Origin: the human T2T-CHM13v2.0 reference genome, Homo sapiens | Assembly: GCF_009914755.1 (NCBI RefSeq) | Contig: NC_060926.1 | Length of the DNA stretch: 64,000 nt | Direction: 5' to 3' (one strand) | Part shown: one piece after another, positions 28,595 through 43,074 of the stretch | Position numbering within the stretch: position 1 is the first letter of the stretch | Layout: each line of letters begins with the position of its first letter | Translations under genes and position numbers: made by a program | Notes under the pieces: model-generated | Told to the model about the DNA's origin: nothing | Databases searched by the model: none | Seen by the model: only the letters and a program-made list of their open reading frames with translations

Positions 28595-29574
28595 TAGCGC
28601 ACTTTGGAATCTATACTTGGCTTTCAAAAATTGAATCAAACAAAACTGTTTTATGACACAGAAGATGTATGCGTTGTTTGGGATAATAAGCAAAACGCCT
28701 GTAGAAATCTATGACAAAATCTGCTGATGATTTTTGTTTTGAATTTTTTTCGTTACTTTAATCTTGCAATTTTAGGTTCTCTAACTTTTAAATAGTATGC
28801 CTTTAAAAATAATACTTAGGGGAAAAATGAATCACAGCTACTGATCTCAGAGTGCTATGCATTATTTATGAATATGTGCAGCTGTTTTCATTAGGATTTA
28901 TGACATCTTCTGTGCATTGTAAATCCCTTAATTCAACCTGAGTTTCCAGGAAAGGAGATCATTATCCCTCTTTTGCCAACTGAAAAGGAAAAGAACAGAA
29001 AAAAGCATGACTGGTTAAATGGAAAAATTCCTTCTTGATTTCTTTTGTTTTCCATTAACATGTTTGAAACAGATAGCTTGAGAGTCTTTCCGGAAAATAG
29101 TATTCTTGCTAACTTGTGGGTAAATTTACCTCCAACTTAAATTGCATGTGCATTAGGAATAAATGTTTACATGCTGTTAGTACTGGCTCAGAGTGGCAGT
29201 ACCCTTCATTCAGAATAATAAATATGTCTTTGCCATGAGTTTTTTACTCAAGAAACACTAGAGATCTTTAGCACTAGCACCCAGCTCACCTGCTGGACAA
29301 ATCTTCATTCTTCATTCTGTGCTGCAAATGAACATTATCCTTCAGGTTGAAAACACTTCTCCAGATAAATTGGATTCCTAAAATAGCTTTTGTTGAGAGC
29401 TTCTTATGTGTTTGCCAGAGTGCTCAGAATGCTGTATTATCTAATGTTGTTCTTACAGCACACTTTTGAAGTAGGTAATATTATACCCGTTTCACTGATG
29501 ATAAAAGTTTTGGCTAAACAGTTTCTGTTACCTATTGAAGGTCTTATAACCAGTGAGTGGCTTTATGGATGTAA

Positions 29575-29961
<387 letters not shown>

Positions 29962-31075
29962 TGAATTTGCTCCCATTCTAAAACTTATTTTCCTTCACTT
30001 TCATCCATTTATTTAATCACTCTTCAATTTCCCAGGTCTTGCCTTTTGACTTTTTGAGACTAAAATGTCATAGGAGAGGACAAATTCAACTAGGACTTCA
30101 AATAAGCAGAGTGCCAACCAAGAGCAAAATCTCCAAAGTTGACATGAGGTTGGGAAAGTAACTTCTGGAAGAAAGCTAAGTTCCATTCATCGGTTATTAC
30201 ATTTTTGTGGACCATGGACTAGTGCCATGGGACATCAGCCCTGCAGCTGTGCATGTGCACAAGTGTCTGTGGATATTAACACTTGAGCACATCGAACCCT
30301 TTCCACATTCTGAAAAGAAAACATATCCTCGCCCACACATGCACACATAGATATCAGCTTCCAGAGTACTGTTGTAGATTTAACCAACAACACAAAAGAC
30401 CAAGACGTATTCACCAAAATGTATCTGGCTTCTGGACTTCCACAGAATCCTACGAACAGACACTTTAAAGTGGGAGGGGGGAACCCCAACTGTACTGTCA
30501 TGTCAAAGCATTTGTTTTCTAAAGTAAATGCTGCATTAGAGCTAGTTAATAATCCCTAGTTGTCAGCTATTTTGACAGGGATGGTATTTGGAATGCTGCA
30601 TTTAATGACTTCTTTCCCAGAAAATGAGAAAGTTATTTGAAGGACCAAAAGGTGTCAGGAGTAATCCTACCCAACCCAATCAACTTTGCATATGAAAGGG
30701 GTAGAGGTTTTTCGGGAGAAACCAATAGAGCTGAAGTTGCTTATCATTCAAGGAACGATCTAGGAAGGAACACAATCTGTACTGTCACTTGTCTGATATA
30801 AACCTAAATAATGAAACAAGGGACCTACCCTTGGAGAAAGCAAACACTCATATCCGACGATCGCAGTCTCCAGGCCTCGCGGAATTTCCAAGTATTTTGA
30901 TTTCTACCTCCATATAAAATAAATAATGAATACAAAAGCACACTTTAGACCAGAAGTGTTAAATGTGTTCATTTTCAGTCATTCGTTTATTTAAAACATG
31001 GGCTATTTTTAACATTTTCTTTGAGCAAAAAAGTACAAAGCACTGTTTTTACTGTAAGCATGCATGGAGCACTAG

Positions 31076-32000
<925 letters not shown>

Positions 32001-32523
32001 AACCATGAAAGGCCTTATTTTTGCATCAGAGAGGAACTCTATTACACAGTAAAGCAGTGTGGGGAAAGTCAAGTTAAGTAAATTTTGCTACTATCTGAGT
32101 TTCAAATTTGCTGATGTGCACCGGAAATTGCAAAGCGAGGGATATAATATTGCTTATGTTTCTCAAATATATCCAACCATGGAATGCTTTTTGCATTTTT
32201 CCAAGGAGCATGTATGGATTCCAAAAATTCAGCTTATAATTGTTGGCATTAGAATGGAGGCTTCTTGAGGGCTGGGAATGTCTATTTTTATCCTGGAAAT
32301 CTCTTGCTGTCTCAATACATATTGAATGAATAAATAATTGCTAACAGTGGAAACGGATTAGTATGTCATTGTATCACTGTTATAATAACTTGCAGACACA
32401 TTGGGACTGTTGACTGTGGCTCTGCACACAGTCATCACATAGGCCCACCTCAGCTAGTTACTTACAAGTTTTACCTACTTACTGAGGATGAGAGAGAAAA
32501 ATTAGAGAATAGAACTGAAATGC

Positions 32524-32863
<340 letters not shown>

Positions 32864-33506
32864 CTATCATGGAAACAATTCTAGAAAGACATTCCATACT
32901 CGAGTGATACAAGTATATATTTAAGGCAGAACATGAACTATGATTGGAGTAAATTAAGACATTTATAGTCTCTGAGAACAGAAGGGATTATGAAGCCTTC
33001 TCTCCACAAATAATATAGAATTTTACCTTTGCAAATAGCACAAACCTTACATAATTTCTCCATACATTTTACTTAACTTTATTTAGATTTTCTCTTTACA
33101 AAATTTTGCATAAGTTTATTGAAGCTGAACTTTTCTCTTTTTTTTTCTATAGTTCTGCCCTGGCTTTGCTGAGCAGGTTCCCTAAACACATGGAGACCTC
33201 CTCCTTGGGTGATTTAGCACTTGTTACATGCCCATAGAATCTTTAAAAATACTCTTGCAGCTAAATTCAAATACAAAGGCAAAAGAAAAAAAAATGTTTT
33301 TAAGTGTGAACACCCCCAGTGACAAACAGCTGTTCACTACTACAGTTTATTGAACCGAAAGAAGGTCTCTCCCCTTCCTGTCCTGCTGGTCTTCTCAATA
33401 GGAGTCACAAAAATGGAGCGTTTTAACACAACTGGTGAACAGTCTCATGAGCTGCGTGAAGATTTGCTAAATCTGCCAGGAGAGGGCAGCACACCATCTT
33501 TCCCTA

Positions 33507-33865
<359 letters not shown>

Positions 33866-34250
33866 TTATCCCACTCCCTCCCTCTCAGCTATTCCCAGGG
33901 GCTTTGGGTGGAGTGGCTAGACCTGGGGAAAAAGGATACCCTGGAGGATGCTGTTAGGTGCACACTTTCTAATGCTGCTCTGGCAACCTTAGATGCCACA
34001 GCTCTGAAGACCATCATCTGGGGTCTTGGCAAAAGGGTGGTGTGTGTAAAATTAACTTTCGGCCAATTTACCTTTTTCTTCTCTCTCCAAAGTCTCCATG
34101 CGCTAAAGTCACCTACTTTAATGCCAAATTGTTCACCCCATATGTCCCATGTCACCTATGTAGCCTACCTTCTCTTGCACCACCAAGCAAACACCAATAA
34201 CTGACATATATCACTGTCATTGACATTTTGCAGTCATCAACATTAGTACT

Positions 34251-35060
34251 TGTTGACAAAAAGAGTCAAACTCTGTAAAATATTTGAAGAGATTTATTCT
34301 GAGCCAAATATGAGTGACCATGACCTGTGACACAGCCCTCAGGGGTCCTGAGAATATTTCCCCAGCGTGGTCAGGGTGAAGCTTGCTTTTATACATTTTA
34401 GGGAGGCATGAGACATCAATGAAATACATTGAAACAATATATTGGTTTGGTTCAGAAACGCGAGACAACTCAAAGCTTGGGCGGGGTTGGGGGGATGGTT
34501 CCAGGCTACAGGTAAATTTCAACATTTTTTGATTGATAATTGGTTGAGTTTGTTTAAACACTTGAGATCAATAGAAAGGAAATATTCAGGTTAAGATAAA
34601 AGATTGTGGAGACCAAGGTTCTTTTGAAGTCTTAAAGTGGCTGCCCTTAGAGACAATAGATGACAAATGTTTCTTATTTGGACCTTTAAAAAGTACTAGA
34701 TTCTTAATCTTTTCAGGATTGGGAGGGCCTGAAAGAAAAAGATCTAGCTACCTTAATAGAGATTCTTTACAGATACATATTCCCCCCCCTCCATGCCCCG
34801 CCACGCCCCCAACACACACACAGAGGACAGCTTTGCAGGACCATTTCAAAATACAGCAAAGAAACATGTTTTGGGGTAAAATATTTTGACTTTCTTCTTT
34901 GTCATGTAATGTTATGCCAGGGTCAGATTGGAAAGTAAGTCACGGTATATAGGGTTAAATAAAACCATTCTGATGAGAATTTATGGTTTGTAGGGCATGA
35001 CTCTCCAGACCCGTTAGATAGGAATTTGTGCAAGCTAAAAAAATCAGAGCTTAGTCCTCA
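34251..35060 (-). mobile_element. MER4-family (ERV1) solo LTR, 810 bp
   Basis: The minus strand begins TGAGGACTAAGCTCTGATTTTT and ends CAGAATAAATCTCTTCAAATATTTTACAGAGTTTGACTCTTTTTGTCAACA. The 4-bp flanks are tact/gact (near-TSD). Confidence 0.88.
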
Positions 35061-35799
35061 GACTTCAGAATTTATAAGTTGCCTTCCTGTATTCAGCCAA
35101 CAAATTCTTGTTGTGTACTGCTAAACACCAGATATTCTGCTAGATGCTTGAGTTTGAAGATGGTTGATATGACAAACTCCTGTGTTCAAAGAAATTTCAG
35201 CCTGATAAAGAAGCCAAATACGTGTGTGTGAATATATAAATATAAATATCATATATATTTAATAAGAGTGGGTGGGAGGCCTTTACAGTCAGACATAAGA
35301 CAGTTTACAAAGGAGTGAGAAGTCTGAAGTCATACAATTTGTCAGAGAAATGCAAGCAGTTTAGCATTATAGGATTAACAAATGTTGAGGTGGGAAAAAT
35401 TGTAGAAAAATGATTAGGGGATGAAGAGCATGTGGTAATGCTCTGGGAGAATTAGGAACCATAAGCATGATCATTATTACTCCCATTTTGAGGAAGCTGA
35501 TTCACGTAGAAAGTCAAGTCAACAGAAATTTGCTAAGGAGCTGTCTCCTTTTAATTTAAATTCTGATTCCCTGAGATCATCTCACTTAAGCCTCAGATGA
35601 CAGGGGGATTGTAGAAGAGAGCCCTTCCCTGAACAATTAGCATTACAAAAGAGGGCATTCTTAACCCAAATGAATCTTCAATGGATAGAATACCTAAGAG
35701 CAATCATTTGTTTCATATTTTCCTTTTGAAACTACTTAATAGAGATACCTTAATAGAGATGCTTTACAGATGCACGGTTGGAAGACTAGTATAATGTGT

Positions 35800-36360
35800 G
35801 TGCTTTTAAACACATACAGTTTTTTAAAATAATGTCACTTCATTTCTGAATATTTGAACATGACTATCCTAAGACCGAGTGTATTCTTCTAAACAATCAA
35901 ACTCAAAAAAGCAGTCAGGTAATTTATAATAATTCACTACTACCTACTATCATCTAATATAAAGGGAATCCTCAAATCTCTACAAGGGCCCCAATATTAT
36001 ACCCCTCCCCAGTCTGGGATCCAATCAAGGATACGACATTACATATAGTTTTCAGTTTCTTTCTTTGTTTCTCCAAATCTCCTGAATCACAAATACTTCC
36101 CAACCTCATTAGTCTTTCAAGATAAGTGACATTTTCAGAGTCCAGAACGATTTTGCTTTTTTTCCAGAATGTCCCTTTGTCTGATTGTTCTCTTGTGATT
36201 AGATTTGAGTTCACCATGCTTAGCAAGAAAACTACATGTGACGACCTTCTCCAAGAGTCACACAGCAGATGACATCAGTTGGTTTCATCACTGGGACTGA
36301 TGTTTGAACACAACATCAATAAGACTCTCTCTAGATTTGTCTACTCTATATACTCTGCGT
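35800..36360 (-). mobile_element. Old L1M (L1MC-like) 3' UTR fragment
   Basis: gtctgggatccaatcaaggat...cagaatgtccc...ttgtctgattgtt...gattagatt motifs. Confidence 0.6.
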
Positions 36361-36489
36361 ACCAGGAGACTGAGGCCATGGGGGCTGCCTCAGATTTTCC
36401 ATTAGAGGATCAGATCAGTGGATTGAGTATATTATGTTTCTTGTATTTTCTCTTAGAAAAAGAAGAAATCTAATTATGTTTTATCGATG

Positions 36490-36680
36490 TCTAAATATAT
36501 TTGACCTAATGTTTTCTCATGTGACCATCACAACAGTCCTGCAAATCATAATCATTATCCCATCTCTGATGAGAAAACTGAGAAACAAAAGGCCAAGTGA
36601 AATCTCAAGTTCACAGAGTAATGGCAGATCTCGGCCTTGAACCCCTCTCTTCTTACTCTCAATGCACTGTCCTTTCCTGT
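36490..36680 (-). mobile_element. MIR
   Basis: cattatcccatctctgatgagaaaactgag...ttcacagagtaatggcag...ttgaaccc. Confidence 0.7.
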
Positions 36681-38698
36681 GTGTGTGTCAGCTGCACTCT
36701 CCTGGGTATTATAGAGCAAACACATACTGAAGATTTCCTGTGCAGTTCATCACCACTAGAGGGAGGGAGAGGATCTCCAAAGTTAACATGTCTCCATTCA
36801 TTTGGGCTAGAAATTACTTGACAAGTCAAACTATTAATGTAAGGTAATTACATACACAGGAATAAATAAAGAAAAAAATTGTGTCCTAATTGGTGTCCCC
36901 TGCTTTTTTTTTTTTTTTTTTTTTTTTGCTGCTAATGGCTTAAAATTGATTGCATATGCATTAACTACAGACGTAATAGAGGATGATTAAGGACAAGTAT
37001 GAATACCAAAAACTACATAATGAATGTCTGACTCATATTTTATTTACAGTGAGGTTTCAGGCAGGAACATGAAGTTGGCTGTTCTTTTACAATGTATGTT
37101 ATCTACCTGAGGCATAAAGCATGTGGTACATGAACATACAGAGCAGATGTTAATTATTACTATTTTTCATGACTCTATCTCTTTCTTTTTACAAAAGAGA
37201 TCAAAAGTCATTATGGCACGTGAATTTGGCTTTTATTACCCTGTATTGTTTTAAAATGAAAGGCCTTAACGTAGGTTTCTGCACATCACGTCTCTACCTA
37301 CTACAAATAAGACACCATTGTTTAATTCATCCCTTAAAAGCTCATTCGTATGGACAAAAATGGGCAAAGCTAATCTCTATATATTTCAACTGATTATGTG
37401 TTACAAAAATAAACCCTAACTAGAGATAAAACTGGCAGCTTACATTTTCAACAACTTATTTTTCTTGATTACAATTTAAAAAATCATTTAGTGAGAAAAA
37501 AAAGGAAGAAAGAAACACAGTATTGTAATGTCAACCCTATGAAAACAAATATCCAGAATGTTCTGGGAAGAGCTCAGTTTGTTCTATAATTTGAAAACCA
37601 CTGGGAACTGCTAAAGTGAATAACAAAAAAATCAAAATTTTATTAATATTTAAAATGCCGAAATGGAGAAAATTCAAAGTAGCATTCAGTTCAGTAGTAG
37701 AAAATGTGTAATTGTGTTAGACTTTAAAAAGAGAAAAATAACAATTTTTATTTCCGTTCTGTCCAGCAGTCAGATGATGTGCAAAGGGCAAGAAGGTTAA
37801 ATAAATAGATACGATCATTCCAAAGACTCAAGTTGTTTGAAAGCAGTGTGAGCACACCTCCTCCAAGGAGAGTCGGGTTGTTATGAAGTACACCCAGGTT
37901 GCAGCGATTCACCTTACATGAGGGGAAGATGAAGAGCTCTTCAAATGAAGAAATGTGCTTTGCACATTCTGGCCCACTAAAACACTTTCTGCTCCAAACA
38001 GAAGTGGTATTTGCAGGCCCTACTTTGGAAGGTTTTATAGATAGGTCATGATTACTTCCTCTGACCAAGTCCATTTTGTACAATCTTGCTATGGTTCTGT
38101 ATCCTTGGCCTTCACAGTTGGTGTACATAGATGCCAAGGAATAAAAAGGATAACAGCCATCTGGTTCTCATCTCAACCAAAGAGGCAGGTTTAACTAGAG
38201 GAAATGGGTGCATGCTCGTGTGTCAAGTTATTTTTATTAGACCTGAAAGCAGAACCCTGGAATGTTGTACGGGGAGAGGTCATGGAATCTTTCCTTTGGA
38301 GACCTTTAAAACCACAGTAAATTTCCATATTGGTGAGATGATAGTAGTGTGGTTCTGCCTAAGAGAAAGGAAAGGATTACTAAATGAGTCTTTAGGCCAT
38401 TTCAATGTAATTCTGCAGGAAATTCTAAAAAAGACCCTTACAAATTAATGGTCTTGGTTATGATTTTTATAGCCTTATGTCACCACAAAGGGGTGCTATT
38501 GCATTAGTTTATGTCCTTCCTGGGAAAACGTCTTCAGTATTTTCCAAAAAAAAAAAAAAAAGAAAAAAAAAATTCCTACATAGGCTTTCAGCAATCATTT
38601 TGGCAGCATCAAGCAGTAATTCATTGTTTATCATGTGTTTTGGAATGACAGGGATCTGTATTAAAATCAATATTGCTAAGATTTCTTTGGATTGTTTA

Positions 38699-41466
38699 CA
38701 GGCATACCTTGGAGGTATCATGGGTTCAATTCCAGACCATGGCAATATAGTGAATATTGCAATAAAGCAAGTCTCAATAATTTTTTGGTTTTCCAGTACA
38801 TAGAAAAATTATTTTTACATTATAATCCAGTCTATTAAGTGTAAACATTGTGTCTAAACAATGTACATACCTTAATTAAAAAAATACTTCATTGCTAAAA
38901 ATGCTAACGATCATCTGAGCCTGCATCAAGTCCTATGTTTTTGCCAGTAGAAGGTCTTTCCTCAGTGTTGATGGCTGCTGACTGATCAGGGTAGTGGTTG
39001 CTGAAGGTTGGGGTGGCTGTGGCAATTTCTTAAAATAGGACAACAGCAAAGTTTGCCACATCAATTTAACTCTTCCTTTTACAAAAGATTCCTCTGTAGA
39101 ATGCAATGCTGTTTTTTTTTCTTTTTCCCTCCTTTACCTATGCCAAACCATATGATGCTGTTTGAGAACATTTTCCCCACAGTAGAATTAAAGTCATTTC
39201 TCTCAAACCCTGACACTGCTTTATCAACTAAGCTTATGTGATATTCTAAATCCTTTCTTGTCATTTCCACAATGTTCATAGCACCTTTACCAGGGGTGCA
39301 TTTCATCTCAAGAAACCACTTTCTTTGTTCATCCCTAAAGAGCAACTCATCATGTGTTCAAGTTTTATCATGAGATTGCTGCAATTCAGTTACTTCTTCA
39401 AGCTCCCTTTCTAATTCTAGTTCTCTTGTTATAATTTCCACTTTACCACATCTGCAGTCCACTGAGGCCTTCAGTGCCTCAAAGTCATCCAAAAGGTTGA
39501 GATCAACTTCTTCCAAATTCCTGTTCATGTTGATATTTCAAACTCTTCCCATGAATGACAAGTGTTCTTAATGATATCTAGAGTGGTGAATCCTTTCCAG
39601 AAGTTTTTAAGTTACTTTTTTTTACCAAATTTATCAAATGAATCACTATCTGTGGCAGCTATAGCCTTATGAAATAGATTTCTTAAATAATAAGATTTCA
39701 AAGTCAAAATTACTCCTTGATTCATGGATTTAGAATGAATGTTATCTTAGCAGGCATAAAAACATTAATCTCCTTGTACATCTCCATGAGAGCTATTGAG
39801 TGACCAGGTGCATTGTCAATGAACAGTAATATTTTGAAAGGAATTCTTTTTTTTTCTGTGCAGTAGGTCTCAACATGGGCTTTAAATATTTAATAAATAA
39901 TGCTGTAAACAGATGTACTGGCATCCACACTTTGTTTTTTCATTTCTAGAGCACAGGCAGAGTAGGTTTAGCATAATTCTTGAGGGCCTTAATATTTTGA
40001 AATAGTAAATGAGCATTGGCTTCAACTTAAAGTCACTGGCTGCATTAACTCCTAACAAGAGAGTCAACGTGTCCTTTGAAACCAGGTATTGACTTCTCTC
40101 TAGCTAGGAAAGCTCTAGATGGCATCTTCTTCCAACAGAAGGCTGTTTCTTCTACATCAAAAGTCTTTTTAGTATAGCCACCTTCATCAGTTATTTTAGC
40201 TAGATGTTCTGGATAACTTACTGCTTCACCTTACACTTTTATGTTATGAAAATGGCTACTTTCTTTAAACCTAATCAACCAATTTCTGCTGGCTGCAAAC
40301 TTTTCTTCCATAGGTCAGTCACCTACTTCAGCCTTCGTATAACTGAAGAGCTAAAGCATTGCTCTGAATTAATTTTTGGCTTAAGAGAATGTGTGGCTGG
40401 TTTAATCTTCTACCCACACCACTAAAACTTTCTCCATATCAGCAAGAAGGCTGTTTCACTTTTTAATCATTCAAATATTAAGTGCAGTAACACTTGTAAT
40501 TTCCTTTAAGAACTTTTCCTTTGCATTCACAACTTGGGTAACTATTGGCAACAAGAAACGTGGCATTTGGCCTATATTGACTTTTGACTTGCCTTCTTCA
40601 CTAAGCTTAATCATATCTACCTTTTGATTCAAAGCGAGTAATGTGCAGCTTTTCCTTTCACTTGAGCACTTAGAGGCCACTGTAGGGTTATTAATTGGCC
40701 TAATTTCAACATTGTCATGTCTCAGGGAAGAGGGAGGCCTGAGGAGAGGAAGAGAGATGGGGGATATTTGGTTGGTGGAGCAGTGAGAACACGTAAAGCA
40801 CTAATTGATTAAGTTTGCCATCTTATATGGGCATGGTTCGTGGTGCCCCCAAGCAATTACAATAGTGACATCAAAGGCAATCACAGATCACCATAAACAG
40901 ATATAATGTTTTAGTCTGTTCTCACACTGTTAATAAAAACATACCTGAGACTGGGGAAAAAAAAAAAAGAGGTTTAATGGACTTACAGTTCCGCATGGCT
41001 GAGGAGGCCTCACAATCATGGTGGAAGGCAAGGAGGAACAAGTCATGTCTTATATGGATGGTGGCAGGCAAAGAGAGAGTTCTTGTGGAGAAACTCCCCC
41101 TTATGGAACCATCGGACCTGGTGAGGCTTACTTACTATCATGAGAACAGCACGGGAAAGACCTGCCCCCATGCTTCAATTACCTCCCACCAGGTCCCTCC
41201 CACAACACATGGAAATTCAAGATGAGATTTGGTTTGGAGATCTGGTTTGAGCCAAACCATATCATATAATAATACTGAAGAAGTTTGAAATACTGTGAGA
41301 ATTATGAAAATGTGATACAGAGACAATAAGTGATCACATAGTGTTGGAAAAACGGTGACAACAGACTTGCTTGACAGAGGGTTGCCTCAAATCTTCAATT
41401 TATTTAAAAAAATGCAATGTCTATGAAGCACAATAAAGCAAAGCACAATAAAACGAGGTAAGCTTA
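38699..41466 (-). mobile_element. Essentially full-length Tigger1 (Tc1/mariner, pogo-like) DNA transposon with decayed transposase
   Basis: TA followed by TIR caggcatacctt at 38699; opposite TIR caataaaacgaggtaagctta ending at about 41466. Minus-strand ORF remnants: ASKCSSERKSCTLLALNQKVDMIKLSEEG (N-terminal HTH region, 40471-40680) and TLLLGVNAASDFKLKPMLIY (DDE region, 39882-40067). Length is about 2.4 kb after removing the nested LTR. Confidence 0.95.
40907..41264 (-). mobile_element. THE1 (MaLR) solo LTR nested in Tigger1
   Basis: The minus strand begins TGATATGGTTTGGC. Perfect 5-bp TSD tataa at 40902-40906 and 41265-41269. Confidence 0.95.
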
Positions 41467-43074
41467 TGTAACAATTTCTTTAGAAAAATACACACAATCT
41501 TTGGATTATTGCTGTGCATTCATTACAAACTACACTTTTTAAATTTTTCTTTAGGCAGTGATGGGTGATATGGTTCTTACCTTGACCACTGTGAATCAAA
41601 TTAATGTCTTATGCTGCAGTCATATAACCCTTTTGGGGTTAGGATTCTGGCATTAAAGAGCAATTGTTAGATCTGCAGGATAGTCAGAAAGCTCAGTCTT
41701 CTTTGAGAAATGATATGTGGTAAAACAAGAACATTCAGCCTGTGACTCCAGGAATAGTACCTCCTATCCACTCTTCCCTGGCAGGGAGTATGAAAAGAAC
41801 AAAGCCGTCTACAGTCCTGTGTGTACTCACTACCAACAGTCCTCTGTTTCCCTTTTATCTTGGGTACAATGGCAAAGCAGGCTGTCTGTTCCTGACCCAG
41901 ATGGACTTCAGAACTGTAGCTCACAAATTTCCCCTGTGATGAGCAGAGGACCCCATTCGGGGCTGAGGAAGTCAGGTGAAGCCACAAAGCTTGGAGTCTT
42001 AAATCGCCTGAGCTGAGTCTAAAAGAGTTTCAGTAAGTAGCTTTCTGCTCTGAGAGCTGTGGGGTAGAGAGAGAGAGGAAACAAAAAAAGTAAAAACTTT
42101 CATTTCTTCTGACAAGACTTTGATGAGGAGACTGGGGACTTGAAGATAATGTAACTTGTAGAGAGTTGGGGCTTTGATTGTATATTAGGTTGTGGTATTT
42201 GGAGTTGGGGGTTAAAAATGTGTTCTGACATGCTGTACAAAGAAGGGCTATGTTTTCTGGTGTTTGCAAGTGAAATTAATTTCAAAATAGCTGAGGGTTT
42301 ATTAGTCCCCCTCAGAAGAGTTTAACATCCCTTTATCTAGAAGCTTTGCTGTGGCTGTAGGAAGGGTTAGTGTGTTTGGAAAAATTGACAAGGAATCTTT
42401 GTGTTTATATTTGCCCGCTGGGACTTTGACTTGTGAGTATGTGAGGGGCAGAAGTGTGTTAAGGTGCTACAGTGATTAGCGGAGAAGCTAGACACATGCA
42501 AAGTGAATCAGCAGAGGGTGCAGGAAAACTGCCCTCAATCCAGAATCACCATCCTATGACCATGACCCCCGACATGTCATTACTCTGTTGATTTTTCTCC
42601 TTTCCTGGAGACCAGGAAGCCCCTCGATATTTGTCAAAAGTGGAATATATGTTTTATCACATATCTTGAACCTCATCTATTTGTAGATTCTCCTGGAGGC
42701 AGTATGTTGAGGGAACAGGAGGTTAAATTTGGTCACAATAGGAGTGTTGGGAGATCTGTCGATCTTTGCCAAAGGCATGAGGTCATCAGTATTCAGGGAA
42801 TTTGAAAAGGGGGTGTATTTTGAATGTTATATTTCCAGTAACATACTGATTTTAGAGTAGACTGTGTGTCAGCAAAGTGAGGGCAAGCCCCCAGTCTTAT
42901 GTGTTAACAGGAAAGAAAGGATGAAATTCTTAATATCTATAGTAAAGTGAGTGATTATCCATTATTACCTTCTCAAATTATTTAACTAGAAATTTTTTTA
43001 CAAGCCACATATGTCATATTAGTGATTTTTTCACAATTTATTGTTTATTAGTGGTAAAAGAATTTCCATCGAAC

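Noticed and set aside
37748-38137. 129-aa minus-strand ORF and a plus-strand cagcag acceptor near 37765 as the missing NYAP2 last exon
   Set aside because: All three plus frames after the acceptor stop within about 15 codons, and none resembles the NYAP tail. The minus ORF has no recognisable similarity.
41620-42330. Possible ancient LTR with several short ORFs
   Set aside because: Composition suggests an old LTR, but I could not identify termini, TSD or family with confidence.
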